From Octopus bimaculoides (Eukaryota), in assembly GCF_001194135.2 (NCBI RefSeq), contig NC_068984.1:25713377-25777376 (forward strand): a stretch of DNA of 64,000 bases, in the 5' to 3' direction. This document shows positions 48,881-57,098 of the stretch, in pieces. Within the stretch, counting starts at the first letter, position 1. Each line of letters starts with the position of its first letter. A program made the position numbers and the translations under genes. Under the pieces are notes generated by a model. The model was not told where the DNA came from and did no database searches. It saw nothing but the letters and a program-made list of their open reading frames with translations.

Positions 48881-50974
48881 GGGAAAATACCTTTCACATT
48901 ACGGAACTCACTGTTTTTTTTTTTAATTTTAAGAAAGCAATTTTTCTATAATGTAAGGGAAACCTGTAAAAATAGCTACAAAATCACTAGCGTCACCGAC
49001 TAGATAAATGTCGACATCAAGTTATCTTCACGATACATTTATTTTAAAATTATGAGGTTTAGCCATGACATCGTATCCGTTTAGGTAGTGTATATAGAGA
49101 CACATTATCCAATGTGCACTTTGGTAATTTACCTGTTAACCAGAGAGAGGCGACCCGTGACAAGAAGTAGGTGATATAGATACAAAAAAACAAAACAAAA
49201 CAACCTTCCATGTAGATTTATGCTTGTGACTGAAGCCTGCTAGGAAAAGCATATTTCCAATGAAAATTCACCGGTGATTACAAAGCTGTGGCTTCACTAG
49301 TTGAAGCCGGTTCAATTCACCCCCAGGTGTACACCGACGTGAATACAAATATATTTATATGTAGAGTTGGTAACTTCTTTAAAAAAAATACCTAGCACAA
49401 CCAAAAGATAAATCTTGGGACGCTTTCACATTTCGTCTCATTTCAACTGAATCCTATGACGCCAACATGCTTAACAAAGCAACTAAAGTTGGTCTTGTGA
49501 ATAAAGAATAATAACGATTCCACGTATCGCTAATTGGTCATCACAACACAAAAGACTTTATTAAAAAACAAAAAAGAGGCGTCTCAACAAAAGCTCCGTT
49601 TCAACCATCATAATCCTATCGTCTTAACCACTCTACATAATGAGCTTTTTTTTTTTTTTTTTTCAAGTATCAACTAGAATATTATTGATAAAACATACGT
49701 TTCGCTATTTATATTAAAACAGATTTATATATCAAATGCATTAAAAAAAGAAAACTAGTTTATGCTTTTAAGTTGAAACGTTTTTTGTGTAAACATGTCT
49801 AGTACAATCTGTTCTATACCATTTGAACTCTGCATGATTCTTGTCTTTTTATTACAGTAATGATTTTCGTTATAATAAAATATATAAACCCTAAATGTAA
49901 CTTATTTTGTGAGGTTCAACATATGGAGGGATTAAAAAGGTAAAATGGGTACGATACTTATATACATGTATGAAAAAGATTTATCAAAAAAGATCCACAA
50001 TACCAAATTGCAATCGCGTTTAGATTAACATTTTGTCTCTTGATTCAGCATGAATTGACGATATATAAATATAATTTCATTCAATAACGATAAGGAAGAT
50101 TAAAACCAATGCTGTTAATGAGCATTTCCCCCCCATTTATTTCGTGTCTGTATTATTTCAGAGAAGGATCTTTCAAATAAATTTTTTGCTATCTCTATAC
50201 AACCACTACTATCACATAATTATTTCAGTGTAAGATTCATATATTTAATTGTTACAGCAGTGAGATCGTCAAAAATATAGAAATATGTATATTAAAAAGA
50301 AGGGGCGGGTGAACTGTAAACAAGACAATAAGTAACGAAATCAGTAAGCCCACAATAAGCGCTTATTGATGAGGTGGGCACCAAAATTATATTTATATAT
50401 CACCATTATCCACGTCAAAAAAATTATACAGAATACCAACCTGCATTAATTTTATAAAATAACCAAACAGAAGCAACAACAAAATAATGATTGTAACGAC
50501 AAAATATATCCAAAGATGATTTTAAAAGAGAAGCCGTTTATTTTAATACATTTATCCAAGTAACCGAGCAGACAGGGAACATCAATGCATTTTCTTGTGC
50601 ATTTACACATACAAAATAAGATGCAATGGAAAAGTTTATAAAAGCCAAATATTTGAGCATCCTTCTATAAAGGAATTCAATTGTAATAGCATAATGATTG
50701 AGTGTAAAAATCGCATCGCAGCTTAATATTTGTAAATGCCCAAAAGTAAGGTCATGTTGCCCTCAGTTAATCGTATCAAAATAAGAATTGACGGTACTTA
50801 CCAGGGATCGAATTCATGTATAATACTTTCGAATCGAATAACTGAGAAAAGCCTGGAACTGAAACCGGCAAGCCAGGCTAATGCTAGGATAAAAAATGTC
50901 AAAAGACTTTTCCAACCTCTAGGATTCCAGATCGCAGTGCGGATATCTGTTTTCACCACACCGGTATCCGCCAT
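1093..50974 (-). CDS. STT3B: STT3B, dolichyl-diphosphooligosaccharide-protein glycosyltransferase catalytic subunit B; spliced CDS, 16 visible exons plus one exon missing from the assembly
   Basis: Hand-spliced exons give a continuous STT3 protein with [40 protein letters not shown] and DDINKFLWM (DK motif). B-type rather than A-type diagnostics: [22 protein letters not shown] and [11 protein letters not shown]. Lys-rich C-terminus ends KKLK* (KKxx ER retrieval). All introns GT-AG; phases are compatible except across the exon 10/12 junction. Confidence 0.97.
1355..1710. mobile_element. Foldback repeat (arms 1355-1540 and 1553-1710) with hammerhead-like motifs; probable Penelope-like terminal repeat pair
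   Basis: Long reverse-complementary arms and a 12-nt loop are directly visible; motif CTTT-CTGTGGA-A-GAGC-GTAG-GCTC-GAAAC-GTT-AAAG at 1601-1636. Penelope assignment is inference. Confidence 0.6.
2050..2544 (+). mobile_element. RTE-type 3' tail copy with an extended 5' part shared with 53294-53760
   Basis: Core ttaggaagggcatctagctgta and gatgatgat tail; the 5' segment ggtaaccttgtacttcctctacagcaagacacc is the reverse complement of 53675-53710. Confidence 0.75.
3629..3835 (-). CDS. STT3B: STT3B exon 16 (207 nt) [20 protein letters not shown]...[17 protein letters not shown]...STKT
   Basis: Acceptor ttttatag, donor GTAAGT. Confidence 0.96.
5441..5554 (-). CDS. STT3B: STT3B exon 15 (114 nt) [38 protein letters not shown]
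   Basis: Acceptor gttttag, donor GTATGG. Confidence 0.96.
5890..6608 (+). mobile_element. 5'-truncated RTE-clade LINE: ORF C-terminus plus 3'UTR with 66-bp tandem units and (GAT)n-type tail
   Basis: Translates [41 protein letters not shown] (typical RTE C-terminus, one in-frame TGA), followed by the tail AGGAAGGGCATCCAGCT...CATGGAAA...GTTAAATGATGAT-like. Confidence 0.85.
6898..7071 (-). CDS. STT3B: STT3B exon 14 (174 nt) VGKAMSSNE...[23 protein letters not shown]
   Basis: DK motif; acceptor tattcag, donor GTAAGT. Confidence 0.97.
7538..7709 (-). CDS. STT3B: STT3B exon 13 (172 nt) [19 protein letters not shown]...[30 protein letters not shown]
   Basis: WWDYG motif; acceptor tttcaccag, donor GTAAGG. 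Confidence 0.97.
8507..8666 (-). mobile_element. SINE family A head (tRNA-like head plus CORE-like ccttgggcaag segment)
   Basis: A box TGGCTGTGTGG, B-box-like GGTTCAGTCCC, then ggcatcttgggcaaatgtctt; ends in (TA)n next to a gap. Confidence 0.8.
8856..9043 (-). CDS. STT3B: STT3B exon 12 (188 nt) VGKAKKIK...[23 protein letters not shown](G)
   Basis: Acceptor tttaag (AAG), donor GTAAGC; starts in phase 0. Confidence 0.93.
9299..9678 (-). mobile_element. SINE family D, intact and CpG-rich (young)
   Basis: A box TGGCCCAGTGG, B box GTTTCGATTCC; 3' module ...ttaatttcacgagctggctgttccgttgatcggatcaactggaaccctcg. Confidence 0.85.
10240..10470 (+). mobile_element. SINE family B with a 21-bp tandem amplification in its head
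   Basis: ggcagaatcattagcatggct x3.7, then the family B body (cctttcagagttgataaaataagtaccag). Confidence 0.7.
10660..11064. other. Assembly gap (405 N) flanked by (TA)n; probable location of STT3B exon 11
   Basis: The only unsequenced interval between exon 10 and exon 12. Confidence 0.75.
11246..11449 (-). CDS. STT3B: STT3B exon 10 (204 nt) [37 protein letters not shown]...NDERVF
   Basis: SVSE motif; acceptor tttttcag, donor GTAAGT; ends in phase 1. Confidence 0.96.
12420..12598 (+). mobile_element. RTE 3' tail copy
   Basis: gttagggaagggcattcagctg...gtatggaaa...gatgatgat. Confidence 0.75.
13083..13413 (-). mobile_element. SINE family C (tRNA-like head plus tgtgttcttgagcaagacacttta)
   Basis: Collinear with 45203-45543; partial copies near 24555, 29100, 59040. 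Confidence 0.8.
14678..14853 (-). mobile_element. RTE 3' tail copy (young)
   Basis: (CAT)n-cgtttaatgtccgctttccatgctagc...gcccttcctaacgccaaccactccgagagtgtagtgggtgc. Confidence 0.85.
15311..16125 (-). mobile_element. Degenerate XPG/FEN1-like nuclease plus Cys-rich CXC ORF fragment; Academ-type (AcademX) DNA transposon relic
   Basis: Across frameshifts: [13 protein letters not shown]...[24 protein letters not shown]...MPPTHDA...GWK...[14 protein letters not shown]...[21 protein letters not shown]. The nuclease and Cys-cluster pattern is visible; the family name comes from recall of the Academ domain order. Confidence 0.7.
16281..16660 (-). mobile_element. RTE 3' tail copy with diverged internal repeats
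   Basis: Same tail core (ggatgcccttcctaatgccaa) plus repeated gcccaac-ctcaaaaggt units. Confidence 0.75.
17073..17219 (-). CDS. STT3B: STT3B exon 9 (147 nt) [16 protein letters not shown]...VGLTWA
   Basis: Acceptor tttcag, donor GTAAGT; hydrophobic TM segments. Confidence 0.95.
18409..18507 (-). CDS. STT3B: STT3B exon 8 (99 nt) [33 protein letters not shown]
   Basis: Acceptor cttctag, donor GTATGA. Confidence 0.96.
18710..19120 (-). mobile_element. Full composite SINE family A: head, internal (TA)n/(TG)n, 3' module
   Basis: Head 18966-19120, microsatellite, then module ...gaccccaggacttattctttggaagcctagtac.... Confidence 0.85.
19733..19990 (-). mobile_element. RTE 3' tail copy with 26-bp tandem units
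   Basis: Core ggatgcccttcttaatgccaacc; about 3.8 copies of ctttttatgtggcaccagcactagta at 19891-19990. Confidence 0.75.
20179..20278 (-). CDS. STT3B: STT3B exon 7 (100 nt) [33 protein letters not shown]
   Basis: Acceptor cttttgcag, donor GTAAGT. Confidence 0.96.
20704..21198 (+). mobile_element. Internally deleted Tc1/mariner element (long TIRs, TA target); left end hidden in gap 20601-20703
   Basis: Inverted arms 20704-20773 and 21089-21158; right end ...AATAACCCTG-TA; ATG 20870 [16 protein letters not shown]...[19 protein letters not shown] (DUF4817-like HTH), then a frameshift to [10 protein letters not shown]. Confidence 0.8.
21222..21287 (-). CDS. STT3B: STT3B exon 6 (66 nt) [22 protein letters not shown]
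   Basis: Acceptor ttattgcag, donor GTAAGT; phase 0-0. Confidence 0.95.
22059..22159. repeat. Minisatellite, 22-bp unit aaattaaatcacatttaaatct x4.6
   Basis: Directly visible, one or two substitutions per unit. Confidence 0.95.
25634..25722 (-). CDS. STT3B: STT3B exon 5 (89 nt) [30 protein letters not shown]
   Basis: Contains the DNE metal-binding motif; acceptor ttctatag, donor GTAAGT. Confidence 0.96.
25917..26126 (-). mobile_element. SINE family B (tRNA-like head with GTTCAAA-TTCC B box; body gtcgact-ttgcctttcatcc); other copies near 51785, 52795, 53040, 55630, 56880
   Basis: The same body recurs at the listed positions. Confidence 0.8.
27605..27693 (-). CDS. STT3B: STT3B exon 4 (89 nt) [29 protein letters not shown]
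   Basis: Acceptor cttttag, donor GTAAGT; phase 2 to 1. Confidence 0.95.
28590..29083 (+). mobile_element. RTE 3'UTR copy with several gtggcacgtaaaaagcacc units
   Basis: Matches the 6150-6608 region. Confidence 0.85.
30682..30937 (+). mobile_element. RTE 3' tail copy ending about 40 bp from the exon 3 donor
   Basis: Near-consensus tail ending in (GAT)n. Confidence 0.85.
30979..31088 (-). CDS. STT3B: STT3B exon 3 (110 nt) [36 protein letters not shown](S)
   Basis: Acceptor tatttag, donor GTATTA; not in the ORF track (short), found by translation. Confidence 0.95.
31190..31760 (+). mobile_element. CR1/Jockey-like LINE endonuclease (APE) remnant
   Basis: [11 protein letters not shown]...[33 protein letters not shown] resembles the GDFN...TLDL APE motifs. 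Confidence 0.65.
32925..33085 (-). mobile_element. Degenerate RTE 3' tail copy
   Basis: ctggatgcccttcctaatgtcaacc...gggtgcttttt. Confidence 0.7.
33196..33304 (-). CDS. STT3B: STT3B exon 2 (109 nt) [36 protein letters not shown]
   Basis: Acceptor ttgttgcag, donor GTGAGT; conserved STT3 sequence. Confidence 0.96.
33860..35030 (-). mobile_element. Highly degenerate RTE RT fragments
   Basis: Remnants [29 protein letters not shown] and KFQIWKQ..NINLAK resemble the 61.2-62 kb copy. Confidence 0.55.
34491..34548. repeat. 58-bp near-perfect palindrome
   Basis: 21-bp arms AAATGCCAGCTGTGGTGGTTT and AAGCCACCATAGCTGGCATTT. Confidence 0.9.
36690..37340 (-). mobile_element. CR1/Jockey-like RT remnant
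   Basis: [12 protein letters not shown] and [19 protein letters not shown] resemble DxSKAFD and GVPQGS motifs. Confidence 0.65.
37420..37715 (+). mobile_element. RTE 3' tail copy inserted into a CR1/Jockey-like relic
   Basis: Tail core present; flanked on both sides by collinear minus-strand LINE remnants. Confidence 0.8.
37750..38830 (-). mobile_element. CR1/Jockey-like APE and linker remnant, collinear with 36690-37340
   Basis: [12 protein letters not shown]...[16 protein letters not shown]...[13 protein letters not shown]; same family as 31190-31760. Confidence 0.65.
39391..39430. repeat. (GA)20 microsatellite
   Basis: Directly visible. Confidence 0.95.
40618..40783 (+). mobile_element. 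RTE 3' tail copy
   Basis: ttaggaaggacatccagctgtagaaa...gcatggaaag. Confidence 0.8.
43850..44290 (-). mobile_element. Gypsy-type integrase core remnant
   Basis: WPLERL...LIIVD*ATAWTEA and [15 protein letters not shown] resemble rve motifs. Confidence 0.6.
44605..44876 (+). mobile_element. RTE 3' tail copy (young)
   Basis: Near-consensus with a long (GAT)n tail. Confidence 0.85.
45203..45543 (-). mobile_element. SINE family C, full length
   Basis: Head ggcgcatggctcagtggttagagc; 3' hairpin GGTCA-TTCA-TGACC. Confidence 0.8.
46032..46215 (+). mobile_element. SINE family A head, diverged (further diverged heads near 13770, 22240, 26640, 38985, 40815, 48405)
   Basis: gcaccttggacaagtgtcttctacta core. 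Confidence 0.7.
46270..46930 (+). mobile_element. CR1/Jockey-like RT C-terminal remnant
   Basis: [10 protein letters not shown] (YADD-like) followed by degenerate downstream RT sequence. Confidence 0.55.
47100..47800 (+). mobile_element. Gypsy-type RT/RNase H remnant
   Basis: [10 protein letters not shown] and [20 protein letters not shown] are typical Ty3/Gypsy RNase H motifs. Confidence 0.6.
50410..50417 (-). promoter_or_regulatory. UPRE core TGACGTGG in intron 1
   Basis: Exact 8-mer (CCACGTCA on plus) about 385 bp into intron 1. Motif match only. Confidence 0.35.
50802..50974 (-). CDS. STT3B: STT3B coding exon 1 (173 nt) MADTGVVK...[12 protein letters not shown](W)
   Basis: ATG in strong context AAATATGG; donor TG|GTAAGT; phase 2. 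Confidence 0.95.
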
Positions 50975-51293
50975 ATTTCTCACACTGGTTAACTAGTAAC
51001 CGTAACGTAACAAACAGTTAGATTCATGTAAATACGGATGTTCAAAAAGAACTAAATTTATTCACAAAAATAACGCAACGACAATATTAAATACATTCCC
51101 TATATTTTGAACATAACATTTATAGCTCAAATTTAAGCCTGTAAAAGGATTTAACTTATCTTGTATGAATTTTAATAATATTCGAAATAAAACAGTGGCT
51201 GTTGCAAAGAAGTGCGAGCATTATTTGTATACCATAGTTATGCTACACTCTCGTTTTAGTGATCGTTCGTTTTCGTAAACTTGACTTTACATC

Positions 51294-51319
51294 GCCACGT
51301 CCGGAAATTTAACCAATCA
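51294..51319. promoter_or_regulatory. Candidate STT3B proximal promoter cluster: GCCACGT, ETS-like CCGGAAAT, NF-Y-like AACCAATCA
   Basis: Three adjacent motifs within 26 bp, about 320 bp upstream of the ATG, in a CpG-retaining zone. Motif match only. Confidence 0.45.
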
Positions 51320-52324
51320 CAATTGACCAGGTGGAAGCTGAAACTAACATTCAAATAATAATGTTTCGTATACAACAGACACAGGTCTGCACATTTCCTG
51401 GGTGTGTACATTCAATTAGACTTCGACCCAGGATCTAGGTAGAGCCGAGTTGGTTTCGCCAGCATTTGAACCCAAACATAAAGCAGCGTGACTTAAATAC
51501 TGCCCGACATTTAATTCATCACTCTACCATATCAGCCCCCTCACCTTATTTGTCGTAATATAATAATTAAATAAAAATACATCATTTATTTATTTTATTA
51601 GAAACACGTTTTTAGATTTATAAAGCAAAGCTAACAAAAATTATGGGAGTTCATTCCACCGTATTAAAGTAGGAAACGGGCAATTAAGTAAAAGCAATGT
51701 TTCTGCTAAGGACACATCATGCTTATTGAAAAAATATCATAACCCAGAGTTTTGAGGGTCATCAATATTATTAACTAAATATCGAAGCAGCGAGTTGACA
51801 GCATTGTTAGCGCGCCGGACAAAATGCTTGGCGGCAAAGAAGGAAGAATAAAAAAATAAAAAAAACTTCACGTTTTGAGTTCAAATTCCGTCGAGGGTGC
51901 AGTTGGAAAGGGAGATAAAATAGTGGTAATAAAGTATCAGGGTGGATCCTGAAGGATCAAGGAAGAGAAGAGGGGTAAAGTGATGACTGAAAAACAGGGA
52001 GGGAGAGGGTGAAAAAGCTGTAAGATAGTAAGGGATGATTAAAGACGGGGAAGGGTGAAGAAAAAAGTATTATGAAGAACAAGGGTTGAAGAGCGGTTCA
52101 TGATAAAACGGTGTAGGGCCGGTCGGAAAGAGTAGGTGATGATTGTAGAGAACGTGTTGGGTTCAGGTGTAGAAGAAGTGAATGGTGGACAGGTATGAAG
52201 TGAATATTTTAAAAACATACGAGCTTATAGGTTCGTGTTTTAAATTAATATTGTTCATTCTGAAAGCTAAAAGGGTTGAAGAAAGCAAAAATTTTGAAAA
52301 CAATTATATCTTTTATCTATATTT

Positions 52325-52691
52325 TTTTTACTTGTTTCAGTTATTGGACTGCGGCTACGCTGGGGCACCACCCTCAAGGGTTTAGTCGAACAAATCGACC
52401 CTAGGCCTTATTATTTTTGAAGTCTAGTACTTTTTCTATCGGACTGTTTGTCGAACCGCTAGTTACGTGGACGTAAACAAATCGCCATCGGTTATCAAGT
52501 GGTGGTTGTGGAAACACACACACACGACAGGCTTCTTTCAGTTTCCGTCAGTTTACAAATCCCCTCACAAGGCTTTGGTCGGTCTGAGGCTATAGTAGAA
52601 GACACCTACCCAAGGTGCTACGTAGTGGGACTGAACCCGGAACCATGCCGTTGAAAAACAAGCTTCTTACCACACAACCACGCCTGTGCCT
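52325..52691 (-). mobile_element. Composite SINE family A, diverged
   Basis: Both modules present, joined by a short (CA)n. Confidence 0.8.
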
Positions 52692-53293
52692 ATAAACAAT
52701 TATTCTTTTATATGTTTTAACCCTAAGGCTGTGGCCATGCTGGAGCACCAAGCAATTATATAAAAAACAAACAGGAAAATAACCATACTAATAATCCTTT
52801 CTATTATAGGCGCAAGACCTGAAATTTTGTGGACAGAGACCAGTCGATTACATCAACTGGCACTTATTTTATTGACCCTGAAAGGTCAAAAGGCGAAGTT
52901 GACTTAGAATTTGAACTCAAAATGTAAAGAAGGACAAAATGCCTCTGCTACACCTCTAAGCACCCTGTCTGATTCATTTGCAATGATAATATTATTATTA
53001 TTCTGCCAGCTTGCAGCTGGCAAATTAATGTTAATAACTATCCTTTCTACTATAGGTGCAAGGTCTGAAACTCTGGGGCAGGGGCTAGTCGATTATATTG
53101 ACCTCAGTGCATAACTGGTACTTATTTTATCGATGCCCAAAGAGATGAAAGGCAAAGTCAATCTTTGCAGAACTTGAACTCAGAACATAGGGACAGTTGA
53201 AATGCCGTTATACATTTTGCCCGGTGTGCTAATGATTCTGCCAGCTTGATGCCTTAATCTAGTAGCAGCAGCAGTAGTAGTAGTAGTAGTAGT

Positions 53294-54470
53294 CATCATC
53301 ATCCTCGTGTAATGTCTGCCATCAATGCTGGCATGGGTAGGATGGTTTGACAGGAGCCAGTCAGGCAGAAGCCTGCACCAGACTTCTGTGACTGTTTTGG
53401 CAGGATTTTTACAGCTGGATGCCCTTCCTAGCACTAACCACTCAGCAGAGTGAACTTGGTGCTTTTTACGTGGCACAAGCACAAGCGAGGTCAGTTTTGG
53501 CAAGGTTTTTACAGCTGGATACCCTTCCAAATGCCAACCACTTTACAATGTAGACTGGATGCTTTTTAAGTGGCACCTTCACTGACAGGGTCACCAAGTA
53601 ACTAGCAAGAGAAGAATCTTTTGAGTGAGGTTAAGGCATTGGGGGAGGTGATCTTTTGAGACCAAGACAGAAACTGGTGTCTTGCTGTAGAGGAAGTACA
53701 AGGTTACCCAGCCAGAGAGAGAGAGAGAGAAAATGAAGACAGAAACATATACTACCCAACCTGAGGGAAGTGCAAGAGAAAGAGAGTGAGTGGGAGACTG
53801 CAGGATAGAGATGGTGGCAAAGTGCCAGGCATACTCACAAGGGCTCGGGATCACAATATAATGGGATGGTTGAGTAAAGGAAGAGAGAGATATAGATGGT
53901 GGCAAGTACCAGGGCATACCCTTGAGGTTTGAAGGTCATAATATAAGTGGCAGGATATTGTGAAAGAAGCATGATTAGAAGGTGCAGAGGGGGAAAGTGA
54001 GTGGTGAAAACATGGGTATATATAGAGTGGGGGTGGCGGGGCTAACGGATAGCAATGATAGAGAGAAACAGGGCTGTGAGGACAGGATTGGGGAGTGAGA
54101 GGTAGCCATGGTATATGAAGGAGTAAATGTGAGGAACACAAGAGATGTAGATTGGTTTGTTGGGCTAGGGTGTGTGAAAAGTTTTCTTGTTATGTGTGGG
54201 TGGAACAGAGAGGTTAGGGGCTAGTGGATAGCAATGATACAGTGAGACAGGGCATGTGGGTCGAAAACACAGGTCGAGGGCAAGCGGATAGTAATGATAC
54301 AGTGAGACAGGGCCAAGAGGACAAGATTGGGGAGTGGGAGGTAAGTATGGTGCATGAAATGGAAATGCAAGGAAGAGAAGAGATGTAATTTAGTTTGTTG
54401 TGGTAGGGTGTGTGAAAAATTTTCTTGTTAAGTGTAGGTGGGACACACAGTACATCTAGAACTCAGTTTC
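53294..54470 (-). mobile_element. RTE-tail element with a long purine-rich (plus strand) unclassified 5' extension containing a ~170-bp internal duplication
   Basis: Two tail cores at 53410 and 53510; 54045-54210 resembles 54285-54445. Confidence 0.6.
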
Positions 54471-54567
54471 GCTGATGTGGGCGAATTTTAGCAAAACATA
54501 TTAAGTAACGCTAATAATAAATCAAGAAACATAAAAATAAACACGCTTTTGATGGTTTTATAGATAT

Positions 54568-55100
54568 AGGTGCAGGAGTGGCTGTGTGGTAAGTAGCTTG
54601 CTTACCAACCACATGGTTCCGGGATCAGTCCCACTGCGTGGCACCTTGGGCATGTGTCTTCTACTATAGCCTCGGGCCGACCAAAGCCTTGGAAGCCCGT
54701 CGTATATATGTATATATATATATATAAAATATATAGTTTTAGGGAAAATAACCAATTTTCAAGAACTCATCGATGAAAATCCACTATCACATATAGAAAA
54801 ATTAATAATTAAAAGCACAATAAATGAGTATAATATAAAGTAAAGTAAATATCATAAGATAAATATTATTATTATATTATATTTATCTTATGATATTTAC
54901 TTTACTTTATATTATACTCATTTATTGTGCTTTTAATTATTAANNNNNNNNNNNNNNNNNNNNNNNNNNNNNNNNNNNNNNNNNNNNNNNNNNNNNNNAT
55001 ATATACTTTATCTATAAGGCTCAATTTAATTTTAATTTTTTATAAATTGATTTTAATTGAATTTTTTACCTGTAATTTTGGATTTTGTCCCTAATATTAT

Positions 55101-55158
<58 letters not shown>

Positions 55159-55360
55159 TGTGTTTGTCCCCCCCACCATCGCTTGACAACCGATGCTGGT
55201 ATGTTTACGTCCCTGTAATGTAGCGGTTCGGCAAAAAGTGATCGATAGAATAAGTACTAGGCTTCCAAAGAATAAGTCCTGGGGTCGATTTGCTCGACTA
55301 AAGGCAGTGCTCCAGCATGGCCACAGTCAAATGACTGAAACAATTAAAAGAGTAAAAGAG
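54568..55360 (+). mobile_element. Composite SINE family A interrupted in its microsatellite by an AT-rich palindromic insert and a gap
   Basis: Head 54568-54710, 3' module 55158-55360. Confidence 0.8.
54802..54943. repeat. Perfect 65-bp inverted repeat with 12-nt loop, abutting a gap
   Basis: Arms 54802-54866 and 54879-54943. Confidence 0.9.
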
Positions 55361-55836
55361 TATTTCAAAATTATGATGCTATGATACTAGGTGTTTCCAT
55401 TATTTTGTTTAGCTCCTGTATATAATGAATAAAATAAAAGTTGACAATTTTTTTTATCTTATATTTATTTTGTAAACAAATAATACAATATTTCATAAGC
55501 ATTTTATGTTTCTTTCTTTTCTGGAAACTCGCCACATACCGGCAGCTGATGGCTTGTGGACTGGCACTGGTCTGCGGGCTTTGAGTAGCACTGCTCTAAA
55601 TGCAGAAGTAATTATAATGATGATGATGATTTCAAACTTTGGCACAAGGCCAGCAAGTTTTGGGGGAGGGAATGGGTTGACTATATTGACCCCAGCGTTC
55701 AACTGGTACTTATTTTATTGACCCCAAAAGGATGAAAGGCAAAGTCGACCTCAGTGGGATTTGAACTCTGAATGTTAAGACGGATGAAGTGCCACTAAGC
55801 ATTTTGTCTGGCATGCTAACAATTCTGCCAATTTAC

Positions 55837-55864
55837 AATAATAATAATAATAATAATAATAATA

Positions 55865-55908
<44 letters not shown>

Positions 55909-55920
55909 CATTATTATTAT
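55837..55920. repeat. (AAT)n immediately followed by (ATT)n
   Basis: Directly visible self-complementary microsatellite. Confidence 0.9.
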
Positions 55921-55927
55921 AGTTTCT

Positions 55928-56262
55928 AATCGACCCCAGGACTTATTCTTTGGAAGCCTAGTACTTATTCTATCGGTCTCTTTTGCCGAACCGCTAAGTT
56001 ACGGGGACGTAAACACACCACCATCGGTTGTCAAGCGATGTTGGGGGATAAACACAGACACACATACATATACCCACACATACATATACATATATATACG
56101 ACGAGTTTCTTTCAGTTTCCATCTACCAAATCCACTCACAAGGCTTTGGTCGGCCCGAGGCTATAGTAGAAGACACTTGCCCAAGGTGCCACGCAGTGGG
56201 ACTGAACCCGGAACCATGTGGTTGGTAAGCAAGCTACTTACCACACAGCCACTCCTGCACCT
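55928..56262 (-). mobile_element. Composite SINE family A, 3'-truncated
   Basis: Near-identical to 18770-19120. Confidence 0.85.
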
Positions 56263-57098
56263 ATGCAGATGTTAAATGATGATGATGATGACGACGACAA
56301 TGATGACGAGTTTTTTGTGGCAAATAGATCCAAATTTGAGTACAGGACTAAATAAATCTCCAGGGATCCTGCTCCTTGGCATAGAGGCTCCCTCATTAGC
56401 TTTCATAGAGAGAAGTATAATTCATTGCTCTAAGTGGCAGAAACACTATATTTGAAGAGTTTAACTGGCAGTGATGAGCTAAAAATCTCAATAGGATAAG
56501 TCTACGAAGGAATAAAGCAGCCAAAATCCTATAAATAATTTTTTATGACTTAAAGTAATGTCAGTAAGTTGTAAAATATTTATTTTATTGCAGCACGCTG
56601 CATTATATTACAATTACTGACATCACTGGATTTGCATGTTTCTTTCCAATGATATTCTGCTGTTTGTGTACCTGAGATAACTAAATGATTTAAACACATC
56701 GTTTTTGTCATCAACTTCTAGCTTTTTCCAGAAATTTTATCACAATATGAACCAGAAATATGTGCAAAATATGAAGCAGAAATTGGCAGTAATCACAATC
56801 AAGCTTTGACAAAAAATACTTTTAAGTCATTTAACAATGTATCTCAAAGTGAAAACAACTCTAAATAACTGTTTCAAATTTTGACACCAGGTCAGCAATT
56901 TTAGGAAGAAGAGGAAGAGGAGGCCAGTCAGTTACATAGACCTCAGTACTCAGATGGTACTTTAATTATATTGACTCTGAAAGGATGAAAAGCAAAGTTG
57001 ATTTTAGTAGTGTTTAAACTCAACCACTTAGACGGACATAAAGCTGAAGGCTACAAGTAGAACTTGAATCTTGTTATTTTTCTTTGTATATGTGCCTT

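Noticed and set aside
49280-49325. tRNA-Sec-like words GGCTTCA and GGTTCAATTCAC
   Set aside because: No acceptor, D or anticodon stems can be formed; only a 7-bp hairpin.
1171-50801. U12-type or non-canonical introns in STT3B
   Set aside because: All visible donors are GTAAG, GTGAG or GTAT(G/T); none has GTATCCTT.
33305-50801. Nested protein-coding gene in the 17.5-kb first intron, or a divergent gene above 51.4 kb
   Set aside because: All recognisable coding remnants are transposon-derived; the other short ORFs lack recognisable domains and consistent splice signals.
50975-50983. N-terminal MRN extension shown in the ORF track
   Set aside because: It comes from a GTG start; the first ATG (50974) has strong Kozak context.
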